Source of the DNA: the human T2T-CHM13v2.0 reference genome, Homo sapiens
NCBI RefSeq assembly: GCF_009914755.1
Contig: NC_060925.1
Length of the DNA stretch: 64,000 bases
Strand: one strand, 5' to 3'
The position numbers and the translations under genes are program-made. Positions 14,215-26,060 of this stretch are shown here, in pieces (position 1 is the stretch's first letter; every line of letters starts with the position of its first letter). Below the pieces are notes generated by a model. It was not told the DNA's origin. It did no database searches and saw only the letters and a list, made by a program, of their open reading frames with translations.

Positions 14215-15425
14215 TAAGGCCTAATAAGTTATGCTACCAAAAATAAATTATATAAGATATTGTAATTTTATCCTTATACAGTACATAGTTTCTCCCATGA
14301 GCTCTCTCCACTATGCTATTGTTTTTATCCTTCTATAGTTGGATGATGTGTGTGTTCTACCACAGAGGACACTGGAGGGTGGGGGATCTCCAAAACAAGT
14401 GAGGGGAAGCCCCCTTTTCCTTTTCCACTGGATGATGAGTTCCTGGGGCCACAGGGATTTGAACCTCTTATAGTCACTTTCAGCTCTGAGCTCTCGCTTA
14501 CACTGAAATACTTGTTTTAGAGATCATGATTGATCATCACATTGTGTGGTTCAAATTCCTCATCATATTGACCTGAATATTGAATTCAGCCTTTTCTTCT
14601 GATTTTCACCATTATCAACCAACAAACCAACAAAATGAAACAATTTCTGAGGTATTTATATGAATAGAAGACCTTCTCAAAGATTGGCAATGACAAGGTA
14701 CACATCACATGTAACTTAAAATTCCATGATTGATATCCCCATTCCTAAAAATATCATGGTCACTTCTCAGATGTGGACTGTAGTCTTCCACCATATTCTT
14801 TGAACTTTTCCTTCTTTTCTCTTTTTCCTACACTTCAAACTTTCTGTTGATTTCGAATGCAGAGACAGTTGATGATCTCTTCTGTTACGCTTTCTCTTAC
14901 CAATCCATGCTATCAGGGGCACATCTTCTGCCACAAGAAGCAAAGTACTGCCTTGCTATATGGAAGCTCAGATCACATACATAAGCCATTCCACATTTCC
15001 AGTGACAATTTCATTTCAAATCTCACTGACGGGCTATTTATTTGGTGACTACTGTGTACTGTGTGAACATGTACATCGATGTTCATATAAAATTCCTTAT
15101 AATCAAAAAACTAGAAAACCTTATACTTCAGCCAGAGGGAAATAGGTAAATTCATTATGCTTTAGTCACTCAATGGAAAATTATATTCAGTAGGGATCAC
15201 AAACTTTAACTCACTTTACAACTCGTATGTACAAATAACTCTAATGGCTTCATTCAGCCTCTCAATCCTCTAGTCTTACTATACTGACTAGTGGGGAAAA
15301 GATTAACTTACTCTTCGATCGATTTAAAGATTAGTCTGCAATCATAATTTAGGTAATATTCAGTCTTCTTAAATAAAAGTGTTAAATCTCTCACATAGTT
15401 CCCCTTCCCCTGCTTTTGTCATTAG

Positions 15426-15499
15426 AACGGCAGTGCGGTATATCAGGACATCCCGCATGACTTTTTGGCAGCAAAAAAGAGGAAGTGCTCGCAAGCATG
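15426..15499 (+). other. Candidate exon (74 nt)
   Basis: Branch-like ctcac, then ccccttcccctgcttttgtcattag|A, donor ATG|gtaatg; 4 CpGs in 74 nt. Confidence 0.3.
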
Positions 15500-16719
15500 G
15501 TAATGGCCTCCTCCTCTGGTCTCTGGAGTAAACCCCAAACTGCTCTGTCTTGCTAGCATCCACTGATGCAGGATACCACTACTTTAGCTCAATCTCATCT
15601 CTTGGCTCGGTGATCCTGAGCCTCCTTGACTAAATAGGCCTCGAGGCTTTGACTCAGCTTCTGATGGCCAACTACCCCTATGCAGTTGCCACAGACCCCA
15701 TTCAGCCCTGGCCTACAGCCTGCCCATGGCTTTGCTGCCAAATTACCTTGACCCACCATTACAAACCCTATTACAGACTTGACGGCTTTTAACTCAGTAT
15801 GAACACCTTAGGAATGGAGGGGTGTCTAGAAAATGACAACCAGACCTTTTTCTGGGTCTCATAGGACCACTCAGCTTCCCCTTCCTAATCACTAGGCTGC
15901 CCCACTGTGCACAGAAGTGTCCTCCCAGGGTTCCCAAATGGGAGTTGGAGGTGGGGAGTAAAAGCTTCCTGGAGGCTGTTTGCTCCCTCAACTTGTAAAA
16001 TGCACAGTAAATTGGGGCCTACATTTAATTCTTTCACTTTCTTCCTTTCCCTCTCCTCTCTGTCCCACTTCCTCTGAGACAGAGAGTGAGTTTTTATTTT
16101 GCTTCCTTTTGTCATATACATACCCCTGCACCTGCTGAGCAACAGTCTCCATGCTTTGCTGTTAAAGACGGAATGAGCATCTTCTCTACACCAAAGAGAA
16201 CTCTATGGTGGAGGTCATCCAGGCTTGGCTGTAATATGCAAGAGAGGGCAGTAGCCAAAGGAACGTAGCAAAGCCTTTCTCCTGCAGCTGGGATCCTATT
16301 TACATGTCAGAAACTAAATATTATCTCAGTCTTTCTCTTGATGTTACTCTCATGCCAAGCAGGAGGATAGAGCACTATATTTAGAGGCTACTAAATATCC
16401 ATGTAGTCTCCCAATACAGAATAGAAAACTTTTGAACTCTTAAATTATCTTTGTCTGCATATTTATCTTCAACAACTGCTTAGCAAGCTAAAAAATCCTC
16501 AGAAGAAAAAAAAATCCATTTGAAGGGCTTGAAAAATACAACCTTTGAGTAAGAGGAAACTTTCTGCAGTCTATAAAGTCAAATCTCAGAATGGCAGTCC
16601 CTTTAACATGTGGTCTTCTATTCTTTATGTAAATGCCACCAAAACTCACTCCTTCACAAGACAACCCACCTTGTCTAGGGACAGCTCATGTTATCGGAAA
16701 GACCTTTCCTCTATTAGGG

Positions 16720-16985
16720 AGAAACCAACTGAGTTTTTTCCTCTACCTGGAATATCCACCTCCTCTGGTGTCCCCTCTCAGAATTCTACCTGTTTTTCCG
16801 GACGCATGTGAAATGCCACCACTTTAGTATGTCATGTCCCCAGTCACAGTGCACCTTAGGTTTATCACTGACAATCTCCCCCACCAGACCCCAGGCCCAG
16901 GAAGGCAGACCTCTCCCTTCTTCATTGAAGTTCCTCTTGTAATGAGCACATAGTAGGTGTTCAACTTTTGTTGCAATGAATGAGC
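16720..16985 (+). mobile_element. L2 3' end
   Basis: 'cctctacctggaat...gagcacatagtaggtgttcaacttttgttgcaatgaatga'. Confidence 0.7.
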
Positions 16986-18064
16986 TCCCTGTGTTCCAAT
17001 TGCCTTCTGGGCCCTGGAATCATTTCTTAAGCAAACGGCTCAGCAATGGCAAAAAAGCAGGTAGCTGTAAGGCAGTGAGACATACCAATGGCAAAGATAA
17101 AGGGCATATGACAGACAGGAAAAGGGTGACACAGTTCTGTTCCTTGTAAAGTTAGGCGGCTCACTATGCATCTCTAAGCATGCAGGGCAAATGGAATGCT
17201 TTGCGACGGCAGCCTGCACACCGTGTGCTGTATTTAATGTTCTTCAGCTGTGTGACAGGACTGACAAAACTGATCCCACCTTCATCCTTATCTAATCATT
17301 TTATGGGGCATTAAGCTGCCTTTGCCTGAACGGTTACCAGCTGCAACAACACTCCAGGAAAGGACACAACCCTGCTTATGATAAAGCACATTACACTCAT
17401 GGAACCCGTCTCTATGAATCTCCGATTCACAGTTTATATAATTTACCCTAGGCTCATCCTCCACCTTCCCTTTGGGGCGTGGACCTACACTCATTCAGCT
17501 GTAGGCAGTTGCCTATTGAAGGTGCCGTGCTGCACTAACACATTGTTAGGGTTTTAAAGTTGGTGAGACTTTTCCCTGTGGCAACACAACTTTCCCAGCC
17601 TCTAGGTTAAATGCAGACAGCTTACTGAGTGACTTTAAAGCTAAGTATCCCTGCTTTGTAAACTTCAATGACCACAGTTTTTATTATAAACAGTGGTTAC
17701 CTTGATTGTGGGGTCAGCCTCCCTGTGGAAAGACACAGAACCCTCTGGTCACCTGAAGGCATTTCAAACATGTTTTTGCTTGAAAGGATCATCGCTGCGT
17801 GCCTGTCTTCATTCCTGCTCTCTTCTCCATGTGCTTTGCCTTGCTGCTGGTATGTGTTCATTCTGCAGCTGCTGGCAGCTGCAACTCAGGGCAGTAGGAT
17901 TCCAGCAGGTGAGGAATGTATATTATGCAAGCCATGGCAACTAGAAACACCAACATCTCCTGCAACCCCTGAAAATGAATGGCACAGCTCTGCAACAAAG
18001 TCCATGTATTAGAACTTGCCTGTGTCCTAGGAGTGAGCTATTAGCCCTGACAGAGAAACAGACA

Positions 18065-18280
18065 GGGAGTGTGGTGAGGTGGGACCTGGAGCCAGCCTGA
18101 GTTTGGATCCTGGTTTGACCTGGAGTGAGTTATGGAAGCTCTCTGTTGTCTCAGTTTCCTCATCTGCAAAATGAAGGAAATATCTCAAAAGCTAGTTATG
18201 GAGACTAAATGAGTTAACGCAAATAAAGTACTTAGAATTGTGACTGGCACAGAATATGCCTTCAGGACACATGAGCTTGT
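18065..18280 (+). mobile_element. MIR
   Basis: Core 'tctcagtttcctcatctgcaaaatg'; tail 'gtacttagaattgtgactggcacag'. Confidence 0.85.
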
Positions 18281-18359
18281 CTGGAAGATGATCGCATCTG
18301 TACCCAAGTATTTAGTTATTATGGATAAGCCCATGATGTACAAAGTTCTAACTGCAGGG

Positions 18360-19375
18360 AAGACCTCTCCTAATGGAACATCTCCCCTTGGGTATCTCTA
18401 AAGCTCCTCAACCTCAGCATGTCCAACACCAAATTCATGATTGTCCCTTTCCAATCCAGGTCCTCTCCAATGCTCTTTTCCTCTAAGAACAGCACAACTA
18501 TTCACCCTGGATAGCCTTCTCCTTCACCCTCAGCCTCCACATTCCCTACTTCGAGCTACCATCCAGGCTCCAACCAATGCCACAGCCAGCCCTTCCCACC
18601 TGGTCTCCCTCATCCTCTCACCCCTCTCCAATCTGTTCTCCATGCAGTGGCCAGAGTGGTGATCTGCTAAGTCACAGTGACAGTGTATCTCCTGTCACCA
18701 ATACATACACACACACACACACACATGCACGGACACACTCCCTAAAATCCTTCAGCAGCTCCCACTGGCTCTTAGCATAAAAGCAAACTCCCTACAAAGC
18801 CCTTCATGTCCGGCACTGCTCACCCCATCAGCCTCATCTTGCACTGCTTTCTTCTTGCTCTTTGGGATCCAGCCATGTCAGCTTATTTCAGATCTTTAAT
18901 ACAACATGAGCCGTCCTTTGTACCTGCTGTTCCCCATCCCTTTGCCTAGATAAGTCCCGCTCATCTTCTGGGTTGCTTCACTGTCCCCCGGTTGGCTAAT
19001 CTGCTTCTTTTGTCACCTGTGTAACAAATTCCCTGCATCACATTCTCTTTGCTTGAAAGGCTGAAAGTTTTCTGTTTTCCCGGTTTGGCCCCGAATGATG
19101 AGGTGAGGGGATGATGCCTGGGTACTGGTGGTCTCCACCGGAGACTGGGGAGGGGGACACGAGCTTTCCTGAGCCTCTGGCTAAAGTCAGGTTTCCTTTT
19201 TCATACATCCTCAAACAGCCTTCCCTTTGAAGCTGTGTCTGTAATGGAGATGCACTAGAGTGACTCTGAATAATGCCTGTCTTCCCAATAGACTAAAAAC
19301 TCCAGGACAGCAAGGACTTAGCACAGTATCCAGCCCATGGTTAGGTGCTCAATAAGTATTTCTAGAATTCCTTAA
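18360..19375 (+). mobile_element. L2 3' region, interrupted at 18965-19160 by an inverted duplication; (CA)n at ~18703-18737
   Basis: 'ctcaacctcagcatgtccaa', 'gtggccagagtggtgatc', 'cctgctgttcccc', tail 'taggtgctcaataagtattt'. Confidence 0.8.
18965..19160. repeat. Left arm of 196-bp inverted duplication (partner 19879-20074)
   Basis: Manual alignment of the reverse complement to 19879-20074 gives ~22 differences (~89% identity). Confidence 0.97.
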
Positions 19376-19409
19376 CCAATAGAAGATGTATGTCTGTTCA
19401 GTACTTCCC

Positions 19410-19590
19410 CATATATTGCTTCATTTAATCTTTATGCAGTCTTCATTTAATCTTTATCAAACCTTTAAGTTAAGTATGATTGTCCTATTTTAACATATGA
19501 AGACTCAAGGCTGAAGGACTAGACGATTTGTTCAAGACCATGCAGAGGGTAAATGGAAGAACTTAAATTCAAGTATTCCATTGGGAAGTC
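19410..19590 (-). mobile_element. MIR with a 22-bp-period tandem duplication (cttcatttaatctttat x2)
   Basis: 'cctattttaacatatgaagactcaaggct...ttgttcaagaccatgcag'. Confidence 0.7.
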
Positions 19591-19944
19591 AAGCCTCTTC
19601 CCACAAAAGCTTTTGCCAGGTTCTCTTTAATTGTCTTTTAGCATTGTACAGAATCTTCAGTGAGAGAATTATTTCTACCTGCATTAAGATGCTGAACAGG
19701 TCTAAATTCGAGTCGTGGTGTACCTCAGATGGTTCACCCTTAGCCCTCCTTCTGACAGCTCTGCCTTGCTTGTACATCCTGGCCTGAGAGGGCAAGAGAG
19801 GGAAAGAGCTCTTGTCAAAGGGAGGGCTGGGCCTCTGTTAATCCTGACATAACTTCCCAACAGTCTGAGGTGCCACATGTGTTCCCCTCCCCAATCTCCA
19901 GTGGAGACCACCAGTACCCCGGCATCATCACCTCACTTCATCTC

Positions 19945-20790
19945 ATCAGAGCCAAACCAGGAAAGCAGAAAACTTTCAGCCTTTCAAACAAAGGAAATGT
20001 GATGCAGGGAATTTGTTACACGGGTGACAAAAGAAGCAGATTAGCCAACTGGGAACAGTGAGGCAACCCAGAGGTTGGCAATAGTAGGAAGCCACTGCCA
20101 CCCCTAGGCTATAAGCACAAGAAAGGAGGAGACTTACCAGAGACCAAGGGCCCAGGTGACATTGAACATGGAGGAGGAGAAATACCTGGTGTGGTAAGGA
20201 GGATAATCTCCCCCTCAAGACGTCCACATTCTAATCTCTGGCACCTGTGAATATGTTATCTTACACGGCAAAAGGGGCTTTTCAGATGTGATTAGGTTAA
20301 GGCTCTTCTGATGGGGAGCTTATCCCACATTTTTGGGGTAGGACCAATGTAATCACAAGTGTCCTTATAAGAGGGGAGGAAGGAGGGTCAGAATTAGAGA
20401 AGACAATGTGCAGAAGTTAGAGTGATGTGGTCACAAGCCAAGGAATGCAGACAGCCCCTAGGTGTTGGACAAGGAAAGGAAATGGGTTCTGCCCTAGAGC
20501 CTCCAGAAGGAATGCAGCTCTGCTGACACTCTTAGTCTCATAGGACTTATTTCAGATTTCTGACTGCCAAAACTATAAGATAATACATTTGTGTTGTTTA
20601 AGCCATTAAGTTTGTGGTAATTTGGTACAGCAACAATAGGAAATGGATCCATCCGGCTCACCCCTTCCTCCTGTACTTCAATCTTGCCACTAGCTGAACC
20701 CAACAGGAAGCTAAGTGGCAGAGAAGTGAGGGAAATACAGCCTGCAAAGAAGGACAAGGGAAGGACCTGGGGGCAAACATGCCCCCATGT
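19945..20790 (-). mobile_element. Old MaLR LTR (MLT1M-like), split by MLT1D
   Basis: 'gggaatttgttacacgggtg...gtgaggcaacccagag...ggaagccactgccacccctaggct'; continues after 20651 'gctgaacccaacaggaagc'. Confidence 0.7.
20190..20651 (+). mobile_element. MLT1D solo LTR
   Basis: 'tgtggtaagg...gtccacattctaatc...cctgtgaatatgtta'; end 'tttgtggtaatttggtacagcaacaataggaaa'. Confidence 0.9.
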
Positions 20791-21607
20791 ATATAATGAA
20801 AACAAGGCTTATTCTCTTCTGATTCATTCAAATTCCGTTGCTTAATCATGGGAATCATGGAATGGCATTTGGTCAAGGAGTAATTTTCATGAGATGGTTT
20901 GGTAATTTTCTGGACTTCATTTTATTTTTCATTATTTTATGAGCATGTAAATCAAAACAGATGATATCACCTCATCTTTCTCAATGGCATCAGTAACAGA
21001 ACAAAATCAAATGAAAGTGCTCCATAAAAATGAGCACTGCCCAAGTTATAGTGTGTGCGGGCTGCTGCCCACTACTCCCTTCTCTGAGTCATTCCCCGAT
21101 GTGACTTGGCAGCCCAGCTCCATCAGCTCTGTGGTTGAAAAAAAATGGGTCATTGCACTGCGACAAAAGGACATTCATTGAAAATACAGCAATTAAGAAA
21201 AATTTGAGCTCCAATAGTCTCAAATGACCAAAGGAAGCTTGTACTTGCAGCGTGTGGGTGCCAGCAGCAGGCAGACCAACAAAGCAGCAGGAGTTCCACC
21301 AGCAGCCACCAGGGACACGTCTAAGAATTCTATCAAACAGAAGGAAGTGGCTGAACTCCACTGATGCAGGGGACAGGAGGCCTTGGAAAAGGCTGTTTTC
21401 AGCATTACTAGCATTTAATTGAAACATTCTGGAACCTGTAGTCCCAGGACCTAAAAATAGGGCATCACAACAAAAGACTCAACAATAACGTTTTTCCTTA
21501 TGAAATTTTATTTTTGCTTAAATATAGGGGAATATATAGGACACTGTAAAGGCAAAGTCTCACTGGTTTCTCTCTCTCTCACACACACACACAGAATTGG
21601 AAGAGTT

Positions 21608-21725
21608 CATAAATAAAACAAATTAGCAAAAATGTTGATGGTTGTTGAAGCTGGATGATGGGTACATGAGTGTTCATTGTATTAATCTCTCCTACCTTTT
21701 GTTTTAAAATTTTTATTAAAAAGGG
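21608..21725 (+). mobile_element. Old L1M (L1MC/MD-like) 3' UTR end
   Basis: 'gcaaaaatgttgatggttgttgaagctggatgatgggtacatgagtgttcattg'. Confidence 0.7.
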
Positions 21726-22849
21726 AAAATGTAAATGTTGATTTCATTGGATACATGTTTTCCCTAGTTAGTCTTCCTTTACACTGTTCATTTCATTGTC
21801 ACTAGGCTTCACCATGTCTCTGTGTCGTGGGACCCAGCAGCATGCAGATATTGCCAAGTGTGCTCTGATTCTGTCTGTACTTATGTGGAAAGCAGAAGCC
21901 TGCTCTGGCAGAGGAAGGGCGGTGTCCAGGCAATAGGCATAGGAAATGAGTAGGCAGCAGGCTGAAGAGGGTGAAAAAAAACAGGGCAAGAGCAACCCCT
22001 CCACTGAAATGCACTGGGAAGGGGGACTTAGATACTAACACAAGTTCAATTCAAGAAGCATTTATTGAACCGTCCTCATGAGCCAGGTCAGGGTGTTCAG
22101 CACTGAGCGTGTCAAGACGAAGACACATAGCCTCTAAGTGTCCACCATCTACAATAGCTAATGTTTAATTGTCCTTAAAAGTTGAAGAATGTTGACTGGA
22201 TTGTCTGCAAATCAGTCATGTGAGTAGTGTTAATCTAATGAAGAAGAATCTTAAAAGACAAATTCTCCAAATGCTGCTGCTCCTGCATCCTGCTGCTCTA
22301 CCTGCTGTGGGGAGGAGGTGAGTGGATGATACCCAGCTTCCTTTCGTGGCAACAACACTTAAAAAGTAAGGTGAGACTTTGCTTTTCTAGAGAGTACTGA
22401 GATGGTCAAGATATGCACTGTTGATGGGCTAATTTTCAGTGTTCATAGCACAGCACATAATGCCAAAGTGGAACACAGTGAGAAAGAGATTCATGCCAAT
22501 CCCTTTTGGGAACAAATGTCTGAAAAATCACAAGGGTCACTGGCTCTGGTCTCGCTTGGTTCTGTCACTGTGGGGAATGGGGGATGGAGGAGTGAGGAAA
22601 TACGCCAGGATTGATAATGGTCAGTGAAATGCCTTGCCCATCTAAAGCACTGCTCCCCTCCCCCTTCTTTTCCTTCTTAACAGCTGGCCCGAAGAACCTA
22701 AACTTAGCAAGGGCGAGGTGTAGGAAACTAGATAGTGCATTCTACAGTTGGATAGGAAATACTGGGCTCAATGTGTTTAAGGTTAAGATTAATTCCTCAC
22801 TTCCTCCGAATCTATTTTAAAAACAGAGCAAAGGATGGCATATGCTTTC

Positions 22850-23560
22850 TTCTAACAAAATGACAGATGATCAAAGGATAAACATGATCTGCATGTAAAA
22901 CCCTCTGACTACTGCCATGGCCCTTTGCCTACAGATTAAAAAAAAAAAAAGCAGTATTTTATCAATGTGGTTAAAATTTGGTTGTCTGTGTTTATTCAGA
23001 AAACTCAGTAGTGGCAACAGCCAGAAAAATAGTGAATCATGATTGGCTAAATTGAAACAAGCCAGTAGTAGAACAAAGGAAAAACTTAGTGGTACTCTGC
23101 TCTTAAATGTCTGCTTCACAGCAATGAACAGAGACCACAGCCTCTCTCTCTGCAAGAGGGAGCTTGAGGTTCAAGTCTGAGACTTAGTTTCTGAAAGCAG
23201 AAATCTGCCTGCTGTCGAGGCGGCAAATCAATTTTTCTGATTTGCCGTAACAATCCTAATTGATGTTGGCTCATTATTATTCCCTGCGTTATGTAAACAA
23301 GAACTCTCATTGTGTGCAGCCACTCATTAGGGCTGATTTAATTGAATTTGAGAAGGAAAGGAATGGCTGCCTTGGGAAGCAAAGTACCCTAGGCTTCTGA
23401 AAGAGCAGCGAGTGCTCCACAAGTGACTTACAAGTGACGCTTATGTCAGATGCGTGCACAGGAAGAATGAGAGCAGACCCTCTCCCCTCCCTTTTTCTCC
23501 CTAGAGTGGTTTATATGGCTCTTCATTAATTGTGTTTGCTGCACAGTGCCTCTGCTTTGC
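22850..23560. promoter_or_regulatory. Candidate enhancer (TE-free, motif-dense)
   Basis: CCAAT box (tgattggct 23040), composite GTTATGTAAACA (23288-23299), TAAT/TGAT homeobox cores, raised CpG. Confidence 0.4.
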
Positions 23561-23819
23561 TTCTTTGATGTAGTTATTTTTGATGTCCCATCAAGCTATG
23601 GCCCCCTTTGAGTTTTTCAAGACCCCACAAGTCCCAGAGAAATGCCATTCAATCTGTGATTCTTTAAGTGTAAAGAAAATCAGCTCAGAAATTGGCAGGC
23701 CGAAACATTCTAATGGTGTCAAATTTCATTGTTAGCACTCTGGGCCTTTTTTCAACCAAAGCACTTTGAACTCTGGAAGGAGCCTGGCCTGTCTTTGAAT
23801 AGGGTGTAATTATCAAGCC

Positions 23820-24510
23820 CATTCAATCAATCATTTACTCATTCTACAAATACTTCTTGAGTTCCTAATACTATGTGTTGCTCTCTTCTCTAGGCATTGG
23901 GAATTAGTGTTAAACAAGACACAAAATGTGTGCTCTCAGGAAGATCATATGCCAGTGCAGAGAGATGATAAACACGAAATCCAATAAATACACAGTTTGT
24001 GCCATGAAGAAAATAAAACAAGCTGATGAAATTATAACTACCAGGTGTGTCACTTCGATTGGGTGTTCAGGGAAGACTCAGGAGATGCCATTTGAGCTGA
24101 GACATGAATGATATGAAGAAATTGACTATGGAGAGATCAGGGGCAGAACATTCCAGGTGGGGACAAACAGGGTCAACAGTGGTAAGGCAGCAACAAGAGT
24201 GGGGAATTCAAGGAGCAGCCAGCAGGCCAGTGGGACTGGGCATAGGAAGGAGTGCAGGTGAAGGGAGGGGGGTCATGGAGCAGGCAATGCCAAGTCTGAA
24301 AGACCTTCCTTGTAGAACATGGCAAGGGGTTTGGGTTTGGTTTTATCCTCAGTGCAATGAGAAAGCAGTGATGGGGAAAGGGCCTTATACAGGAAAGTGA
24401 CAGGATCTGGTTTGAATTTTTGACTTTCTGGCTGCTGCATAGAGAACGTATTGGGGCAAGAGGAAGGGCAGAAGTAATGAGCGTGACCAGTTAGGAAGCT
24501 ATAACACATG
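23820..24510 (-). mobile_element. L2 3' region
   Basis: 'attcaatcaatcatttactcattctacaaatacttcttgag...catttgagctgagacatgaatga...caggatctggtttgaattt'. Confidence 0.88.
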
Positions 24511-24544
24511 TGAGAAATAATATGAAGATACGATGACGATGATC

Positions 24545-24670
24545 ATGTATGGAGTGATGACTGCCAAGCATTGTGCTAAGCCCTTTGCATGCAGTGTCTC
24601 ATTTATTTCTCATAAAACCCCTACAAGAAGTTAAGAAAGGTTAAGTTACCTGTCCAAGGTCACAAATAAT
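24545..24670 (-). mobile_element. MIR fragment
   Basis: 'gccaagcattgtgctaag...aggttaagttacctgtccaaggtcaca'. Confidence 0.8.
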
Positions 24671-25621
24671 GGATAAGGCAATTTCACCTCTGCATTCACC
24701 TGCCTTGGAATTCAGCAATGAACACTTTGTGAACCCTGGAAAGAAATCCATTTAAGGCAACCATACATACCCCTTTTTATATATCGGATATAGTCCTGGA
24801 ATTGGAAATTATTTGCTCTCGTAATTCTATTTATTATTATATTGTGTGTCTGTGTGGGTATGTGAAAGAGAAGGTTTTGCAAGCAAGTAACTGTGGAAAA
24901 ATGCCAAGTAGCAGAGGGAAGCTAGGAGAATGCTGCCGTTACTACCCAGCTGTTTGGTCTGTGGGACCTGGAAGAAAGGGCAACCTCTATTTGAGAACCT
25001 TGTCCTGGGGAAGAGCTGGGTTTCAGTTAAGATGAGGAAGTAGAGGGAATGTTCTGTGACAAGTATATGTGGGGGTGGGAAGTTTACAACTGAATGGGAT
25101 CCCAGAGGACGCACTGGAAAGGCTGGCAGAAAGCAAAGCAGTGGGAGGATGAGTCAGGCGCTAAAATGCACAAAACAACATGGGAATAAGAGTACATGAG
25201 AGGATGCGGGTTCAGATGGCTTGCATTGTTGGTGCTGGCCAGGTATCACAGGGATGAGAAGAAGGAAACTAATTGGGCTCATGGTTCCAAACAGAACTTT
25301 GGCAAGGGGATCTCTCTCTGCAGAACTCCAGGTACTATTGAAGCCTCTGCAGCCAGTTCCCAGTCCTATTGTCATTTATCTGACTCATGCTTGCCTACAA
25401 CACACATCATTTCCACCCTTAAAATGGTCAGATGTTCCAAAACAGCCCTGTATACATAATCTATGAGTTTTGAAGTTGAGTTTCTAGGGTTAATTCCTCT
25501 CAAAGCATTTGAGATCCTCTAGGCCTATACTGATTAATAGGTTCATCAAAGGACATTAACCTAAATTTAATTTGGAAAATATTACCAACTAAACATGATA
25601 GCAGAGAGCAATGTAATAAAA

Positions 25622-25740
25622 TGTGCTTTTGTTGCAACTGCTTTTGACATTTTCTTAACGAAATCTTTGCCTGTACCTATGTCCTCAATGGTATTGCCTA
25701 GATTTCCTTCTAGGGTTTTTATAGTTTGGATTTTATATTT
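25622..25740 (-). mobile_element. Isolated internal L1PA ORF2 fragment (~120 bp)
   Basis: 'cctatgtcctcaatggtattgcctagatttccttctagggtttttatagttt' matches L1 ORF2 antisense; no 3' UTR or tail. Confidence 0.88.
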
Positions 25741-25829
25741 TCAAGACTCCTAGAAAAATAGATATCTTCTATTTCAGCCTCCCTTTTGGGTCAGCAGTTG
25801 TCCTGAGGGGCAAGCATGGTTGCTAGGAA

Positions 25830-26060
25830 TCATTTCCTCAGGGAAGATGTCCCTTATGTGTCTCCCTGGCCGCCCCCACCAGTGTAAATTAGGTGCTCCT
25901 TCTAAGTGCTCAGCTGTACCCTGTGCAGTTTCTGTCCTCAGATTAGTTCTCTCTGGGTCTCCTGCTCTAGACTGTGACCTCCCTTCAGATAGGAAGCTGT
26001 GTCTTAATTCATCTTGGAATCCCTGACACATGCATTACATGTGTTCAGTGCATGATAAAA
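25830..26060 (+). mobile_element. L2 3' end
   Basis: 'ctagactgtgacctcccttcagataggaagctgtgtcttaattcatcttggaatccc'. Confidence 0.75.

Noticed and set aside
19161-19878. Spacer between the inverted arms being already inverted
   Set aside because: The L2 in the spacer continues in the same orientation and order as the L2 left of the duplication.
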